A DNA stretch of 63,063 nt, filler included, from Choristocarpus tenellus KU-1152 (Eukaryota > Protista > Phaeophyceae), in the NCBI GenBank assembly GCA_964200185.2. It is 9 parts of 9 records of this genome, joined end to end, with 100 filler letters (N's around TTAATTAATTAA, not from the genome) between each part and the next. Parts side by side here need not be neighbours in the genome. Positions count along the whole stretch, not along the records: positions 1 to 14,170 come from CAXNAD020001263.1; 8 more parts are not named here. One strand, 5' to 3'. The translations under genes were made by a program, and so were the position numbers. The notes below the pieces were generated by a model. That model ran no database searches. It saw only the letters and a list, made by a program, of their open reading frames with translations, and was not told the DNA's origin. Numbering within the stretch: the first letter of the stretch is position 1; each line of letters opens with the position of its first letter. Below are positions 1 to 14,170 of this stretch, piece by piece.

Positions 1-104
1 CCCCCCCCCCCCCCCCCAGATACTTTGACCCCAACAAGAATAATAGTACTAATTGGTCTGCATCGCTTCTGAACAACTCTATACCCTTTCTCTCAAATCC
101 ATAG

Positions 105-3100
105 GATGCAACAGATGTCCCTGATCCTTTCACGACAGAGGGTCTGAACATTTCGCTGAGTGACTGCACAGCATTCAATACATCCTCTGGCGAGACAGTA
201 ACTATTGAAACCTCAGTGGAAGGCACTACTTCAGGAGGAATATTCTCAGTGTCAAGTGTTCCACTTGGAGAGGCAGGAGACTTCTCTGTCGAGAGCAGGT
301 ATTCCTGAGACTTTGTTGCTGTTGTTTGCATATAGGCTCGAAATTTTCTAAAGTTGAGGGTTCTAAACGCAAATTAATAGTATGCACGACATGTAAGACA
401 AAACTTGTGTCCAGCACCTTGTACCACAATATGGTACAAAAGAAACTGACTCGTCTGTCTACCATGGTGCCTACACGGTGCATGATACGGAGACTATAGA
501 GCACAGGGCTTGTTCTGCTTCAGCTCTAAAGTTGCACATTCGATCAAATCAGATGTTGTTTGGTAGGGTCCACCTTCTTGAACCTCATTCTCTATTCCTA
601 TTCCAACGTCTTAAACTCGTTTCCTGACATCCAGATTCCTTGGGAGTGATGCCACAGAACGTTTGTCTTTGTATCGCATTTCTGGCCATCTCTACACAGT
701 GTCATTCGACTCCAACCTGGGTGATATCCAGGTGTGGAATTGCTGGTTAGTCGTTTAGATCAAAGAACTGCAGTAGAAAAGATCGAAAAATCCCAGGGGT
801 GGGATCAGGTCAGTATGTGGAATACAGGAATATGGTTATAGAATGAACTATTTCAGTCCCAGAGTAGTTATGCACATATACTCAGAGAAATATCAGAGGT
901 TAGAAATCCTGCGGATGGGATCAGGTCAGTATATGGAATACAGGAATACGGTTGGAGAATGAACTATTTCCGTCCCAGAGTAGCTATGCACAGGTACTCA
1001 TAGAAATATTAGAGATAGGAACCATTTACAACAAAGTTAAAGTTATTGGACAGGCTATTCGAATTCCTTCGACTTGGATTATTACCCTGACCATCATAAG
1101 TACCTGAGGGCAGCAATATAACAGGATAACAAACAAGGAGTTGTATAATATGAATCTGCAACTCAAACTAGACATTTTGCTCCTATTCTTGTTGTTCATT
1201 CTGAAATTGTTCCATAGGCACTCACTGGAAACTCAGATTCCTTGGAGGGGACTGATGCCAGGGTGGAGACATTTTCTCCTGAAATAGTAAAGGGATTGCT
1301 GCCTACGAAACATACCGCAACTGGCCTACAGACTGGGGTGCCCTACCATCTACGCCTTACTGCTGCAAATTCTAACGGATATGGAGAGCACAGTGGGGAA
1401 GTATCAGTTGCCACCCCAAGGGAAGTGCCTTCTTCTCCAATGGCGGTTGAGGCAGAGGTGGCTCTTCATGTGAACGAGGCAAGAGTTTGATCTATGCTGT
1501 TAACCTGGGCGATTTGGTTGTCTTTTTCGTCAGATTACACTTTCTCTCATTCTTGAAGCTCTTGGTTCGTATTCACCTTGTCCACTTGCAGTACATCTCA
1601 CCTTTCAAGAAAACATATGAAGAGAAATTGCAGAATGGCCTTGTGTGATGGCCGGCCTTTATTCTCACTTGTTAGTTCTTCTGAAAACTGAGAGAACTGT
1701 CTGCGAGAGTTGATTCCACAATTGGTCATATTTCAACTATTCAATTGTAAATTTTGATATCTGCATCAGAAGGGCATCTACAAAGTCTATATTCACATGC
1801 TATCCTCCTAATCTGTTGCAGTCTCCATTGTGCTTATCTGCCCACTACAGGTTCAAGTGTTGGCCTTGGCCTCAGAACATCGGGATGAGGTCCAGGTTAT
1901 CACCACCCTTGCACCTGCAATTGTGGATGTTCAGCTTGCCACGACTTATGGCGAAGAGGACCAGACAGTCACAGGAAGCTTTGCTCTCCAATTTCCTGAG
2001 AGGCAATTGGTGAGTAGGGTGGAATCAGGAATAGTAGAGATTGAGCTTCTCGCCCATGACGAACAGTCTGGTACAACCACCAGTACCTCCCCCCCACTAA
2101 GCTGTTGTTAATCAGCCCTAAGGGGTAATGTTATTTTCTGATATTTCGAAATTGATTCTCCATTGACCACAAGTTCGCCACCTTGTTTCAACCATGTGGA
2201 TAAATATTATATGATACAAAGTATACTGCAGTGTGGAATTTGCATGATCTCAACAAGTATTATACCCCTGGGTCAGCTATGTGTACATTCCCATGGATGA
2301 GAGGGTTGAATGCTACATTGCTGAGAGGCTATCGCTCACCTCTCCATCCTAGAGTCTAGCAGACGAGTAAGCATATGTTATTCAAAGAACAGGGGTCCTC
2401 CCCAAGGAAGCACTAGTCCAAGATAAAATTAACCTGCAGATTGTCCCTGCTACACGATCGAACGTTGTTGGAGTTCTAAACTTCGCAGTACTCTAAAGAA
2501 GTATATACCATGGTGAAATATGAGTTGCTGAAGGACGGGGTGCTTTAGGTGTATTCTATTGTGGAAATAAATGTTTGGGATTTTGTACTAAGATTTTTAA
2601 GAGTGATTACTGGTTAAACCAGGGAACAATCGATGTACAGGCTGACACTCCAGTGTTCTTAGGCTTAGGATTAGCAAGGAGTTTGGAAACCTGTGTCACC
2701 TACAGTGAACGGATAAATTCTCACGGTATTTTGTTGCATCAGTAGGTTATCCTTGGAGCATAATGATACTGATGGATAAATAGATGCATGAATAGTAGGC
2801 AAACTAAGATTTGAGCACATCCTACATATTGAATCCTGTGATGACATGATCCAGTATCCCCTGATGAAGTTACCACTGGATTTGCTAGGGCATGATTTCT
2901 GTGTCTAAGTGACCGATCACACTATAGGGAATGGCTGTATATAGTATCACTGTTGATGAAAGGGGAATGGGTTTGCAAGTATTCTTATACTCTAGTCAAG
3001 GACGGATGAAAATTGGTGTGACTCAATATGTAGTACCTTTTTTTCTAACATAGTCTATACTGTGATGAGAAAGTAAGAATGTAACCTATGTGTCCTGTAC

Positions 3101-4417
3101 TCTGGTCTTTCCACTTAGTGTCTACATTCTATCTGCATGCCTGATGAGACCATTTTTAAGTGGCTTGGGTTTACTCAACTGTCCCCTGTCAAACTTGCAA
3201 CGAAGAGATGGTAAGGAAATGATGTCAGTACAACAATATCATGCATGGAAATAGTCAACTGTGTATGATCAAAGCATCAGTGTGTCACTGCATCGTTCAT
3301 TAGGAGGAACATACAACTCTAAAATTTGTATTGTGATTCAACCGTATGTCAGCATTTTCCTGTAGCTCATTCTAGTCACTTGAGCTTTGAGCTAGGTGCG
3401 TTCATTACTGTAGGACTGATCATATGATATATCTATCGACAGTATCAATTGAATTACGCACTCTTTGCAGCATTATTTGAAACTGCTTGCATTTCAATCT
3501 TGTGGTATATATGTAAGTCATTGACTCAGATTGATCAACTCTGTCTCTTTAAAAGCAATTCTCTTTCTGATGTGTGACCTTTGTCAGGTGACCTTATCAT
3601 CTGAGACAGAGATGTTAAATGGTACCTTCAGATTGGTTTACAACAAGATGTGGATCGACAACAGTACAAACAGCACAGGCTATTTGTGGACCAATGAAAC
3701 AACGGCCTGCCTGCCATGGGATGCCACTGCCTCCGAGGTACATGAGCTGCCATGGTCAGGGATTATTTTTCCTTAAACTGGTACATTGACCTCACTATTC
3801 ATTGACCCATTAAGGAGCAGAATCCCACACGTACTTCATCATTCATGGTCCAGCAGTCTTTTTGAGTAATGTACACTTCCCTCATGTTAATCTCACCAAA
3901 ACAATATCCAAATTGGATTTTGTTATGGTTGTCCCCATTGAGCCAGAGTAAACAAGAGGTACCCAGTGTTGCATTTGAAGGACGCTGAAAAAATGCACAA
4001 ATTTCATATTTTGTCCAACTACGTAAAGGAATTTCCATAATTCTGCCAAGAAATTTCAAACAATAGAGAAATTAACGCTGTCAAGTAGATCTTAGCACTT
4101 AATCCATGGAAATAGGGTGAATAGCAAAAGGTTGAAAAGAGTTGCTTAAAATGTAAAATGGTCAAAACCTGAGTACCTCTCATTTGTTTTGGCTCATTGT
4201 CCTATTAATCTTTCCTCCTACTCAGGTTGAAGAGGCTCTTGAAAAACTGGCTGCCATTGACAATGTAGTGACTGTCCGCTCAGGAGATGCCTCCAACATC
4301 TACAACTACGGGTGAGGTGTAAAAGACAGGGTAAAATGAGGATGAGGAAAAAAAACTGCCATATTACTGTCATTGAAATATCAACAAGGTTCCCACAGTA
4401 GAGTTCCTTCTTTCTTA

Positions 4418-4448
<31 letters not shown>

Positions 4449-7400
4449 GGTGCATGTCACCACGGGAAAATTTGAATCTGCCTGGGCAGTTATTCCCATG
4501 AAATCAGATTTGTTGGACGAATGGTTATTGGCAATGTACAAGAGCTCAAGGCAGATGTCACCAATTGCACGGGCCTCAACACTGTTGGTGGTGGGGAGGC
4601 AGGAGTCAGTGTCACAACACTAAATGAGGGCAACGCTCTTGGCACTGCCACTGCAATACAGCGTGTCAAGGTGAGGTCATCGTTTGTCTCTCCCACCATA
4701 AACCCAATCCTCTATTAAGTATATTCTATAGCATTCTACCAGCTATCTAAATAGCCCCAAAGGCAACAGTAGAGCAACAGTGTGTATCGTTTTATCCCCC
4801 CTCCCATGCTTTGACAATCAATGTAAGCAATCACACAAATTTTCTGAAATATTGTAACCACGCCCAAAGGTGTTCTCGGACGTGGAGTTGACCAGTGGTG
4901 TTGGGACTTACCGCCTATCTGTGGGTTTCGGCACATCTATCAAGGACACCAAATGCATTTACTGGGATGCCACAGGAAAGGAAATGGAAGAAGCACTAGA
5001 ATCCTTATCAAGTGTTGACTCTGTTCGTGTCGAGAGGTCAGGCTCTGGCACAGAAGATGACCGGTAAGTTCGAAAGAGAAGGGTTCATGAGCTCAGAACA
5101 GTCACTGAGCCAAAGTATCTTAGAGGGTAGAGCCGTGGGGGCCAAAATCCAATTTTGCGATTTCGATGTAATTTTGGCTATTGTTTGTAAGGAAGTACCA
5201 ATATCCTTGTTCTGGACACCTTTTCATAACATAAACATTTACTTACTCCGAAATATTTTGGAGTAGGAAAATGTCACAAAAAAAGCATGGAAAATCAAGC
5301 CCCAAACGAACAAACAGCGCAAAACCCATACCCTCTAAGATACTTTCACTCACTCTATAAAGTTCAACGTCAAAAATGCCCTTTCAGCCAAGAGCACGGA
5401 CTATTTTGTCAGCCTCTTTTCAGCTATTGTCCCTCATCCTACACGAAACCATATGTAATCCTAGGGTCTCACATTTGGAAACTTGAAGCCATAGATTTGA
5501 GATAACAGACAGGTATCCATAGAGGGCCTATAAGTGGTCTCATCTGCTCACAGGCCAAAGATAACAATATTTTACAGTTTCGACTTGTGAAAGAATTCCT
5601 GGTTAAACTCCCCAAGAATCAAGTTCTTAATCACACTCCTCCAAACTCCTTCCTCCTTTACCCTCACATTGGATGCCTCCTCAGATGGGGTTACACATAC
5701 AGCGTGTTCTTCGATGGCAATATTTTCTATGGGGAGGATCAGGACCCCATTACACTGTCTTCCTCAAATAGAACAGGATGCTCAGACTTCTCCACAACCA
5801 AAGACGGTGTCCTTACTGCCCTTGTCAACTCAACTGACAACCATGGTGTCACAGTTTCTGAAGTCGAGGCCAGCGGTTACGACCTAGCCCACGATGCCAG
5901 TGCTTCTGAGGTCACCACAGAACTATCCCTCATACCTTTTATCAGAGAACCCCTGCTGACCTATAGAGGTGCAGCCGATGACCAAGAGGGAAGGACCTGG
6001 ACAATGTCCTTCTCAGGCAACGAGGGTGACGTTCCAGAGCTTGTATGCATTAAGGACAATGTCTTCATTGGCACCTGTGAGGTATGCCTCAATGTGCTTT
6101 CACAGCCTTTGGCAGAGTTGACTACACACGTTGGTACTTCGAAGTATTGATCAAGTGAGAAGAGCACTATGTGATGGACGATAGTCAATGAGTAGAGTGA
6201 CAACCCGGTAATGATTTTTTTACGTTGCACTATCAATAGACCGTCATGACAATTCCTTATTTTCTGTCTTGAATATTTGACAACCATACCTACAAGCTGA
6301 ACTCAACAACAGGTTTAAATTTTGTAGGTAAAATGGTACCTTCCAAAGTCTAGAAAATGTGTTCTAAATTGGGATAGCACCTGCACAAGGAAGTCCCAAT
6401 CTCATTTAGTACTACTGCAGATATCTCAAGAGATCAGAGAAATACTTCAGGCTTAACACTTGGAACTTTGTATTCTAGCCAAAATACTGAGTACCAGATC
6501 TACGGTGTCAAGAGTCATTCATTCCTAGGAAGCGCTCCTGACCAGTGCCATTAAGAGTCAAAGTATCTTAGAGGGTAGGGTCGCGTCCATTTGGGGACCA
6601 AATCTAATGCTGTGAGTTTGATGGAAAATTGACTATTGTGTTTGTTACGAAGTGTCAATATCCTTGTTCCGGACACACCTTTCCATAATGTGTACATTTT
6701 GCTTACTCCGAAACACTTTGGAGTAGGAAAATCTCATAAAAAATCCCATGGGAAGCCAAGCCCCAAATGGACAAACAGGGAAAAACTCGTACCCTCTAAG
6801 GTACTTTCACTCTGAGTTAATTCTTCACCTTCACATACCCTATCTACAAGGTGATATCATTAGTGGAGGGAAACGAAGTTGGGGGGCAATTCTACTTGAA
6901 CGACACTGATTCAATTGCTGCTGATTCCTCTGCAACCGAGCTTGAAGCACTTCTGGAGGCAACAGGGACAGGGGATGTGCAAGTTACTCGGTAAGTTCCA
7001 CAACAACAGCATGCACATATAATAATGTGTTGTTGAGGAAAGCAAACTCCCTTCAATTGAACAGAGGGGTCACAGAAGAAGGCGATGTGTCACCTAGAAC
7101 ACGATTTTTAGGAGGTATCCCTAGCATCTGTTCTCAACTACTTTGGAACGGCTTGTAGTCAAAACATCCATCAACCTCCAATATCACCCCGATTCAAACC
7201 TGTCCTCTTGAAGGTCGGGTCCAGATGGTCGTGGGGGCTACTCATGGTCGGTAACATTCTTGGAGTATATTGGGGATGTACCATCACTACTAGCAGACAA
7301 TGACCTCAGTGGTTATTCTGTTACCATCGATGTTACTGAGGTGAGTCCAGGTCATGTCAGAAAAAGCCATTGGAATCGATTATTGGACACAAATGTGCCC

Positions 7401-10400
7401 GGGCGATGTACAACCCATGCAACAACCCATGTAAGTTACATGGCATATTCATCATCAAGCTGACATGAGAATTCATGAGTCAATATATGTGCTATATATT
7501 TTCTCCTTTGCATCTCTTATTTTCATCGTTTATCCCATTGTACTCCGTAATTCGCAGGAGGTCAAGGGCAATCAGCTTAGAGGGACATTTATGCTGGAGT
7601 TAGATGGTTATGTAACAGAAGATCTACCTTATGATGCAACAGTCGAGACAATTGGGCAAGCACTTGAAGGCTTAGGAAATGTCGGCACAGTTGTTGTCAC
7701 CAGGCAAGCCAGGAAGGCATGGAGAACTCGATTCTGATCATGGTGGTGAAGTGTTGCCAAAAGTGTTCTTTGTTTGAAGTACATTCATAGGCAGTGCAAT
7801 CAGGCACTGAAAATGAAAAAGTCCCATAACTGTATCCAAAACAGTATAAGAATATTTATTGGACTCCTTCCTATCAGTGGTTGAGCACCTTGTTTTATTG
7901 GAATTGACCTGATCAGGAGGTGCGGTGAGGTGTGCTATGAGTCCAAAGGCACACTAGCAAGGTACCTTTGCACAAAACATCATATATATTCTCTTATTTT
8001 TAGTAAAGGATCACATCGTGATGTTTCAAATGGACTCCCAGGCATTCTGAAGGACATCAAAGTGGGGAAAATTTGAACCTTCCATTAGTAACTTGCACCT
8101 ATCCCCTCCTAGCCAAACTCCACTAACCGCTATATCTCGCCTCATTAAACTTTCTCTTCCCAACAATTTAACTTTCTTCCTTCAACAGGGCTGACTCTGG
8201 CTCCGAGGGAGGAGCAGTGTACACAATAACATTTGAGGACATCACCAACCCAGGCGATGTATCACTGCTAGTAGCACACACCGAGGGACTCACCGGTGAT
8301 GGTGCTGCTGCAATTGTAAGAGAGGTGACAAAGGGAAGCGAGGCTGTTGGAAGTGCTGTGAAACTCAGTTTCCTGGCGCCAGAGCATTGCAGCACATCAC
8401 AGGCAAGTATTTTTTATTGGAATGCTCCTGCAGTTTTACATTATAGTGGGAGACCAGGAAACACAACATTGGTTGGATAGTAATAAAATGTTGAAAAGTT
8501 GGTCTTTCAAATTCTCTTGGGTTTTTTTTCTTCTTCAACAAGCAAAGCAAGCGGCATACAACCCTGCAGGAACCGCACAAAACATGAGACGTTTCCCACC
8601 AACTGTCAAGAATGCCTCATCGATATTTGAGGCAACTCTTTTTCCTGGAAACGATTAGTAACATTTAGATAGCTGCGGGTACCGTTTAGGGGTATTTTCT
8701 CAATACCCAGTCTATTACCTCTTAGGAGAGGCAACACAAAAACCATATATTTCTCTTTTGGGATAGGGTTAGGGGATTTTTGAACACCGTGACCAATCCT
8801 GTAGATGGATACTCATTCGACCAAACAGATGGCAGGAAGGCACATGGGGCATTTCTCACTGATTGGACCGATAACAATATTCTATATCCCTCATCTGAAA
8901 ATACACTTTTGTCAACAGGTGAAGCTTGGTGTTTGTGGGGGACCTGTTGCATACTATGTGGTGGAATGGGACACATCTGGCAACTTCAACTCTGCAGGCC
9001 TGGCCAGCATAACTCTGGACAATGAAGCACTACTAGTGCAAGAACAGGTGCACACATCTGATTGATTTTTAAACTCATTTGTGCTTCACAAATCAGTAGA
9101 CAAAACGTATTCACAAATAATTGTATGTGAAGGTTGAAGGAGTGGTAAAGATGTACTAATAATTTCAACCCAGGAACCTTTTACCACAAATCATGTGCTT
9201 ACTACTCAAAATTGAGAAACGATGTACAGTTCCCGATTTGTTGATATAACCTTGTTGGTCACCACCTACTTGCAATTTGTAGATAGGGTTGCCATTTTGA
9301 ACATGTATAAATGAAATGTGACTCAAATCAATTGAGAGGTAGGCAGGTTTGAACGCTTTTGCTTACCATGGTACATTTCTTACCCTGTGCACTATGGTCT
9401 ATTGCATCAGCTTATGTGTTCAATAGTGTACGCAAAATTAATATTCCCCCTTTCCACACACAAAGTGATATCACAATTCAGCAAATGCTCTTTCTGCAAT
9501 TGTACAGAATTACTTTATTTTTTCCCTTTCTCGGGATCCTTCAAATGTGACCATGCCTACCTCTCAGTTGGTTTGACTCTGTCCCTATTCATCAAGAGAA
9601 GATAATTTTGTGTTGCTGATCTGTCTCTAGCTCACCTTTATACACGAATCTTATCTTGTGACCATAGAGGAAACAACTGTTGTGTACAAATATTACGTTG
9701 TAAGTTTAAAGGAGACAAAAATTGTGTACAAATCTTAGGCGAATACTACTGTATTTTCATGCAGTACTTGGTTCCCTTGTTGTTTGGTGATAGTATTAAA
9801 AAAACCACCCCCTTTTTGCAACAGCCATACTGTAGAAGCCCTGCAGTGTGCTGGTGACATGATGTCTCTAGTGTGTCATATGCTCAGATTCGATACCTGT
9901 TGGGATCACCCTTAACTTTATAAGTTGATAAAATTTTGTAGTATATCGGTGCTCAGCACTCCCATATCGGTACCACCTCATGTGCAAAAACATTTTCAAA
10001 CATTTGTCAGTATGACTCATCCTCTGCAAAAGGAATACAAATAATTTTTGTACCACTCCCCCATCCACAAAAAGCACATACAGATTTGTACGCATCATTC
10101 CTTATCAGCAAAAAATGTACAAATGGTTCCCTATCATAAATACATTGAGTTCAATCCCACCACAATGATTTGTGCTTGTAAAAACAACTTGCACAAATCA
10201 TAGTCTGTTGATTGGTCAAGATGCCACCAAGTTGTCGGAAGATTTGTCCCACACCACTCTCAGAAATATGAATGGATCCATAATTGAACGAGTTAAATTC
10301 CTAAACCTTGGATCTTGTGAGGATCTGCGCCAACATTCTCATAATTCATATTTATGACAGGAACAGTCATTGATTTGTCCAAAATTGATTTGTACATCAC

Positions 10401-13400
10401 AAATTTAATACGATTTATCCAAAGTGTGAACAGGTGATACCTGTAACCCATAGTATTGATACTCTAGGTTTAACGAAAACGGATATTTATTATAAAAGAA
10501 AGTCCAAGATTTTCAACAATATTCCCCACATTGACCCCTCTCATCAACCCTAAAACCTTCCCTTCCCATCTCATCATATCCTTGCCATGGACAGCGCATC
10601 ACTACAACAGGAGCATCTCTACTGTCAGGAACCTTCCAGCTTGCATTCAATGGTGAGACCACCTCGGTCATCAATGCCAATGCCACTGCAGGGGAACTTC
10701 GATTGGCCCTGGAGGCCTTGGATGGCATCAAAACTACTGTGGTGGAACGAGACCTGTCAGTTGTAGAGATGGGTGGTATAGCCCTGAATGTGACATTTGG
10801 TGCACTTCAAGTCGGGTGCTCCAACACCACTGGTGAGTGACGTTGACATGACGCCTGAAGGATTTGGAAACATGAACGGAAGGGATTAGAAACGATCTAA
10901 CAACCTACTCTTGTAATGTGTTGACATTGTGCCAGATGCTTTGATACGGCACACAGCAGAAAATACAGAGTCAAACCAACAAAGAGGCAGGCACGATAAC
11001 ATTTTAAGGATGCCAAGAAAGGGCAAGAAGATGTCTTTTGTATATTTGGAGAAACTGAATAGAGGCATCACTTTTTTGTGTGGAAAGGAGGAATACCTAT
11101 TTATTGTACTCTATTTTGCACATAAAGCAATGAAATAGATTGTATTGCATAGGGGAAGAAAGATGGCTTAGAATTCAAAAGGGTCCAAACTTGCTCAACT
11201 CTCAAATGGCTTGGCTCACAATCATCATAGGTTAGTCTTAGTTAGCCTAGGATTGTTGTTCAATTCTAATATAAACTAGTGTATCCCTATCGAAGTTGTC
11301 ATTGTCACCATTCCACTTACAACAGGGCATGAGGTTTTTTGCGCTAACCATATAACACTCTATTTAGTAGTAGCAATTTGATTGGAATGAAGTATTCAAA
11401 TAAATGCCCTTGAACTAAGAGAGAAGTTAGCTACTAGGTGGAGATTTTCCCCTATTGAAAGGCTAGAGCTCCTGATTCACCGGCCATTGATATTCATAGG
11501 AGAGAACTCTAATCAATGTATTGTACACCTGAGTAGGTAACCAATATTCATGGCAAGCGCCCTACAAAACCCCAAGCAGTTGGACAGCTTATCCAACATA
11601 CAAGGTAGACATGGTGCATAATGACTTGTTCAGTGCAGCAAATGGCATCATATACTGCCACAAGAATCCATCCCATACCTGTTCCTAGTCTGTCAACGTT
11701 TGAGGCAGAAAATGGTGCTAGTACGCTAGATACCAGCTAGGATAGAAAAAAGTGGGATTTGTCTATGCGTTTGCCAGCAGCTTTGATCAAGAACAACACA
11801 TACTCCTCCAATATTCGAACAGGCAGAGTAGAAAAACTACTTTAAGGCATATGACAACATAAAATTTATCATACTTCCACATAACTCTGTATTGATCCAA
11901 CCCCCACCTCCGTCCCATCTTTGTACTCTGGAGAAGATGCTAATGGGGATGGTCTCAGCTGTGACTACTCTTTCAAGGCTTGCCAGCTAATTCGGATGGA
12001 TGAAGTCTGGTATCGAGTTCTAGATTCATTCATAGCCAATGGGAATGGCGAGGTACGAAATCTACATGCTGTGAGGTTGAGGAGGGAAACCCTTCAGCTG
12101 ATGACTATCTTAAGCATCCACCATCCGAGTAGACCAAGTCTTTCCTTTTGATGTTGCATACTCCCTGTGTCTGGGAAGGTCATGAATCCTACCTAGAAAA
12201 GGAACACACATGTGGTGTGTATAGTTCAATCAAGAGATGGCAGTGGGTCATATGTCCTCGTCTTTGTGCTGATGGGCAGATTCTAGACACTGCATTACTG
12301 TTGTGCTTCCCTTCGGAAAAGTTAGAGAAGTCGAGATGTCCCTGTCAGTTATCTTTCCATTTCTGATCCTATCGCCACTTTTGTAAAATAGGGGCACCTG
12401 CACTGAACTACCCCACGGAATAATTCACGTGTCATGCAGAGTAAATTAATGTAGGATCAACCACTCCTGTGATCCCCAAGTAATGTGTAAAAAAGAAGCA
12501 CTCATGCTCTTTCAATCAACAGATCCCTCTGGCTGAGGAGCATGACTGCTCCATCACTGTTTCCTACCAAGGCGCCTCCATGGAAGGGTTGATTCCCTAC
12601 GAATGGGCTAACGGCTATGTGTGGACTGTCCTCTTCTTAAGGTTTGGAGCACCATTGCATTCACCCTCACACCACCTGCTCAAGTGCACCGAAACGTTCA
12701 AATACCGCACAACAAATGACATCCACAGTTGGACAGGTATCTTCTCAAAGAGTATGTTGCGTCTATGATAATGTATATATTCACTCTTTCCTCAACTTAC
12801 CTTCTTCTGATTCTCGCCTTCTTTTTGTCACAGCTTTGAGGGTCCGTTATCCCTCCTGTCAAGTCCACTGCACTCCCTTTATCCTGTGGAGTCAGCGGTG
12901 TTATACATTCAGGGTTCAGACTGTATTGGGTGCTTCTATCTCTCTGGAGAGAATGCTTTCGGTGGGATTGGATCACTCACCCTCGGAACTACCTACTATG
13001 TGCGAGTATCAGCCTACAATGACATGGGTGGATCTGGTGCTGCAAATGGAGATGTGACTGCGGTGATACCAAACCAGGTGCAGTAATCAAAAACACAAGT
13101 GGAGACAAACAATGTTGTAGCTGGTGGGGAGTTAGGCTTCCTATTTGGAAAATATTACTACTCTGTGTGACCCACAATATCCTGGAGGGTGGGGAGGGGG
13201 ATAGACCAGTTGGTCCATTCGGGGCTGATGGGTAGTTGTAACAAATTCCAGTTCAATGGGGGTTTTTTGCCAGTACCTTCCTTTGGACTTCGTCCAGGCT
13301 GGGAGGTGGAAAAGGAAGGCGCATCTAGGTGAAAGAAATTTCCCTTACACCTGACACATTCACTCAAATGATGTGGATTTCCCTACAGAGTTGAAAAGGT

Positions 13401-14145
13401 GCAAAATGGACCTATGAACCCGCAACCAAGATACCATGTCCACGTGCAGCATATAGTCGTATTTGAAGCACAAGAGCTCATGCTGAATTTATGAACGTTT
13501 GTGACGACATTAGCATCATCACTCCTATAACTTTGGCATGCTGCGCGGTGAAGCCACTGATCCAATCATTCAACCAGAGTTTCCAGCAACAGTCATAATG
13601 GAAATTGAACATATACTGATCCCAAATGGTTTGCTTGCACCTCTCGCATAGATTCCAAGTGCTCCAGAGGACGTGTCTCTTGCTGTTGTTTCCGGTTCCA
13701 AGGTGGAGGTGAGCTAGTTCAAGGGCAATTGAAGCTGATGCATTGTGATATATATATTCTACAACACATCATGGCTCTGGCTGGAGTACATTGCACAGAA
13801 TGAGATATTGTGAATCTGGAGTACTCCAAATACAGCGCACACTGTTATCTTAGAATGGTACAGTTCAAAATGCAGATGTTATTGTTTTTGTCCTACTGCT
13901 AATATCAATTTTGCACATCCTACCATACTGGACAGATCTTCTTCTGCGACCCTTTGATCTCAAGTGATGACATCTGGGGATTCCGCATTCAGTGGGACTC
14001 GAACCCAGAGTTTACAAATGCCACGGATGCATCCTTTTCCGCCAGTTGCTCCACTATGGGTTATGGTTCATGCTTGGCAACAGATACCACAGTGGCAGGG
14101 GAGTGCCCATATTCCCTCCTGGTAGGCGACCTCACGGAGGGCGAG
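105..14145 (+). CDS. Giant FN3-domain/repeat ('titin-like') protein, internal fragment. Exons: 105-298, 635-731, 1218-1478, 1851-2009, 3588-3737, 4226-4311, 4490-4670, 4870-5063, 5685-6081, 6851-6990, 7214-7340, 7558-7703, 8189-8402, 8919-9047, 10595-10832, 11937-12052, 12523-12641, 12834-13077, 13652-13708, 13936-14145
   Basis: The 20 exons join phase-compatibly (AG acceptors, GT or GC donors) into a 3459-nt, 1153-aa open frame. FN3 motifs are present (GLQTGVPYHLRLTAANSNGYG, LTLGTTYYVRVSAYNDMG, FRIQWDSNPEF), with at least 6 copies of a GTFxL..DA(T/S)..ALExL..VxR..WxVxF..GDVPxL repeat. No start or stop lies in the window; the gene is cut by the window edge and the spacer at 14171. Confidence 0.88.
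795..1022. repeat. Intronic tandem duplication, period 116 bp, 2 copies
   Basis: GGGATCAGGTCAGTAT..GAATACAGGAATA begins at both 801 and 917. Confidence 0.85.
4417..4448. repeat. (CT)n microsatellite in an intron polypyrimidine tract
   Basis: Directly visible. Confidence 0.9.
5107..5351 (+). mobile_element. MITE family A (about 260 bp)
   Basis: TIR GAGCCAAAGTATCTTAGAGGGTA...TACCCTCTAAGATACTTTCACTC; multicopy in this window. Confidence 0.85.
6555..6812 (+). mobile_element. MITE family A
   Basis: Same TIRs and internal sequence as the other copies. Confidence 0.85.
9320..9579. mobile_element. MITE family C (about 260 bp); other copies at 10968-11217 and 51817-52091
   Basis: TIR GA(G/C)TCAAA(T/C)CAA(T/C)TGAGAGGTAGGCA. 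The flanks tgt/tgt here and aca/aca at 10968 suggest a 3-bp TSD. Confidence 0.75.
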
Positions 14146-14170
14146 GTAAGTTGAGTGCTTTGGGGAGGTA

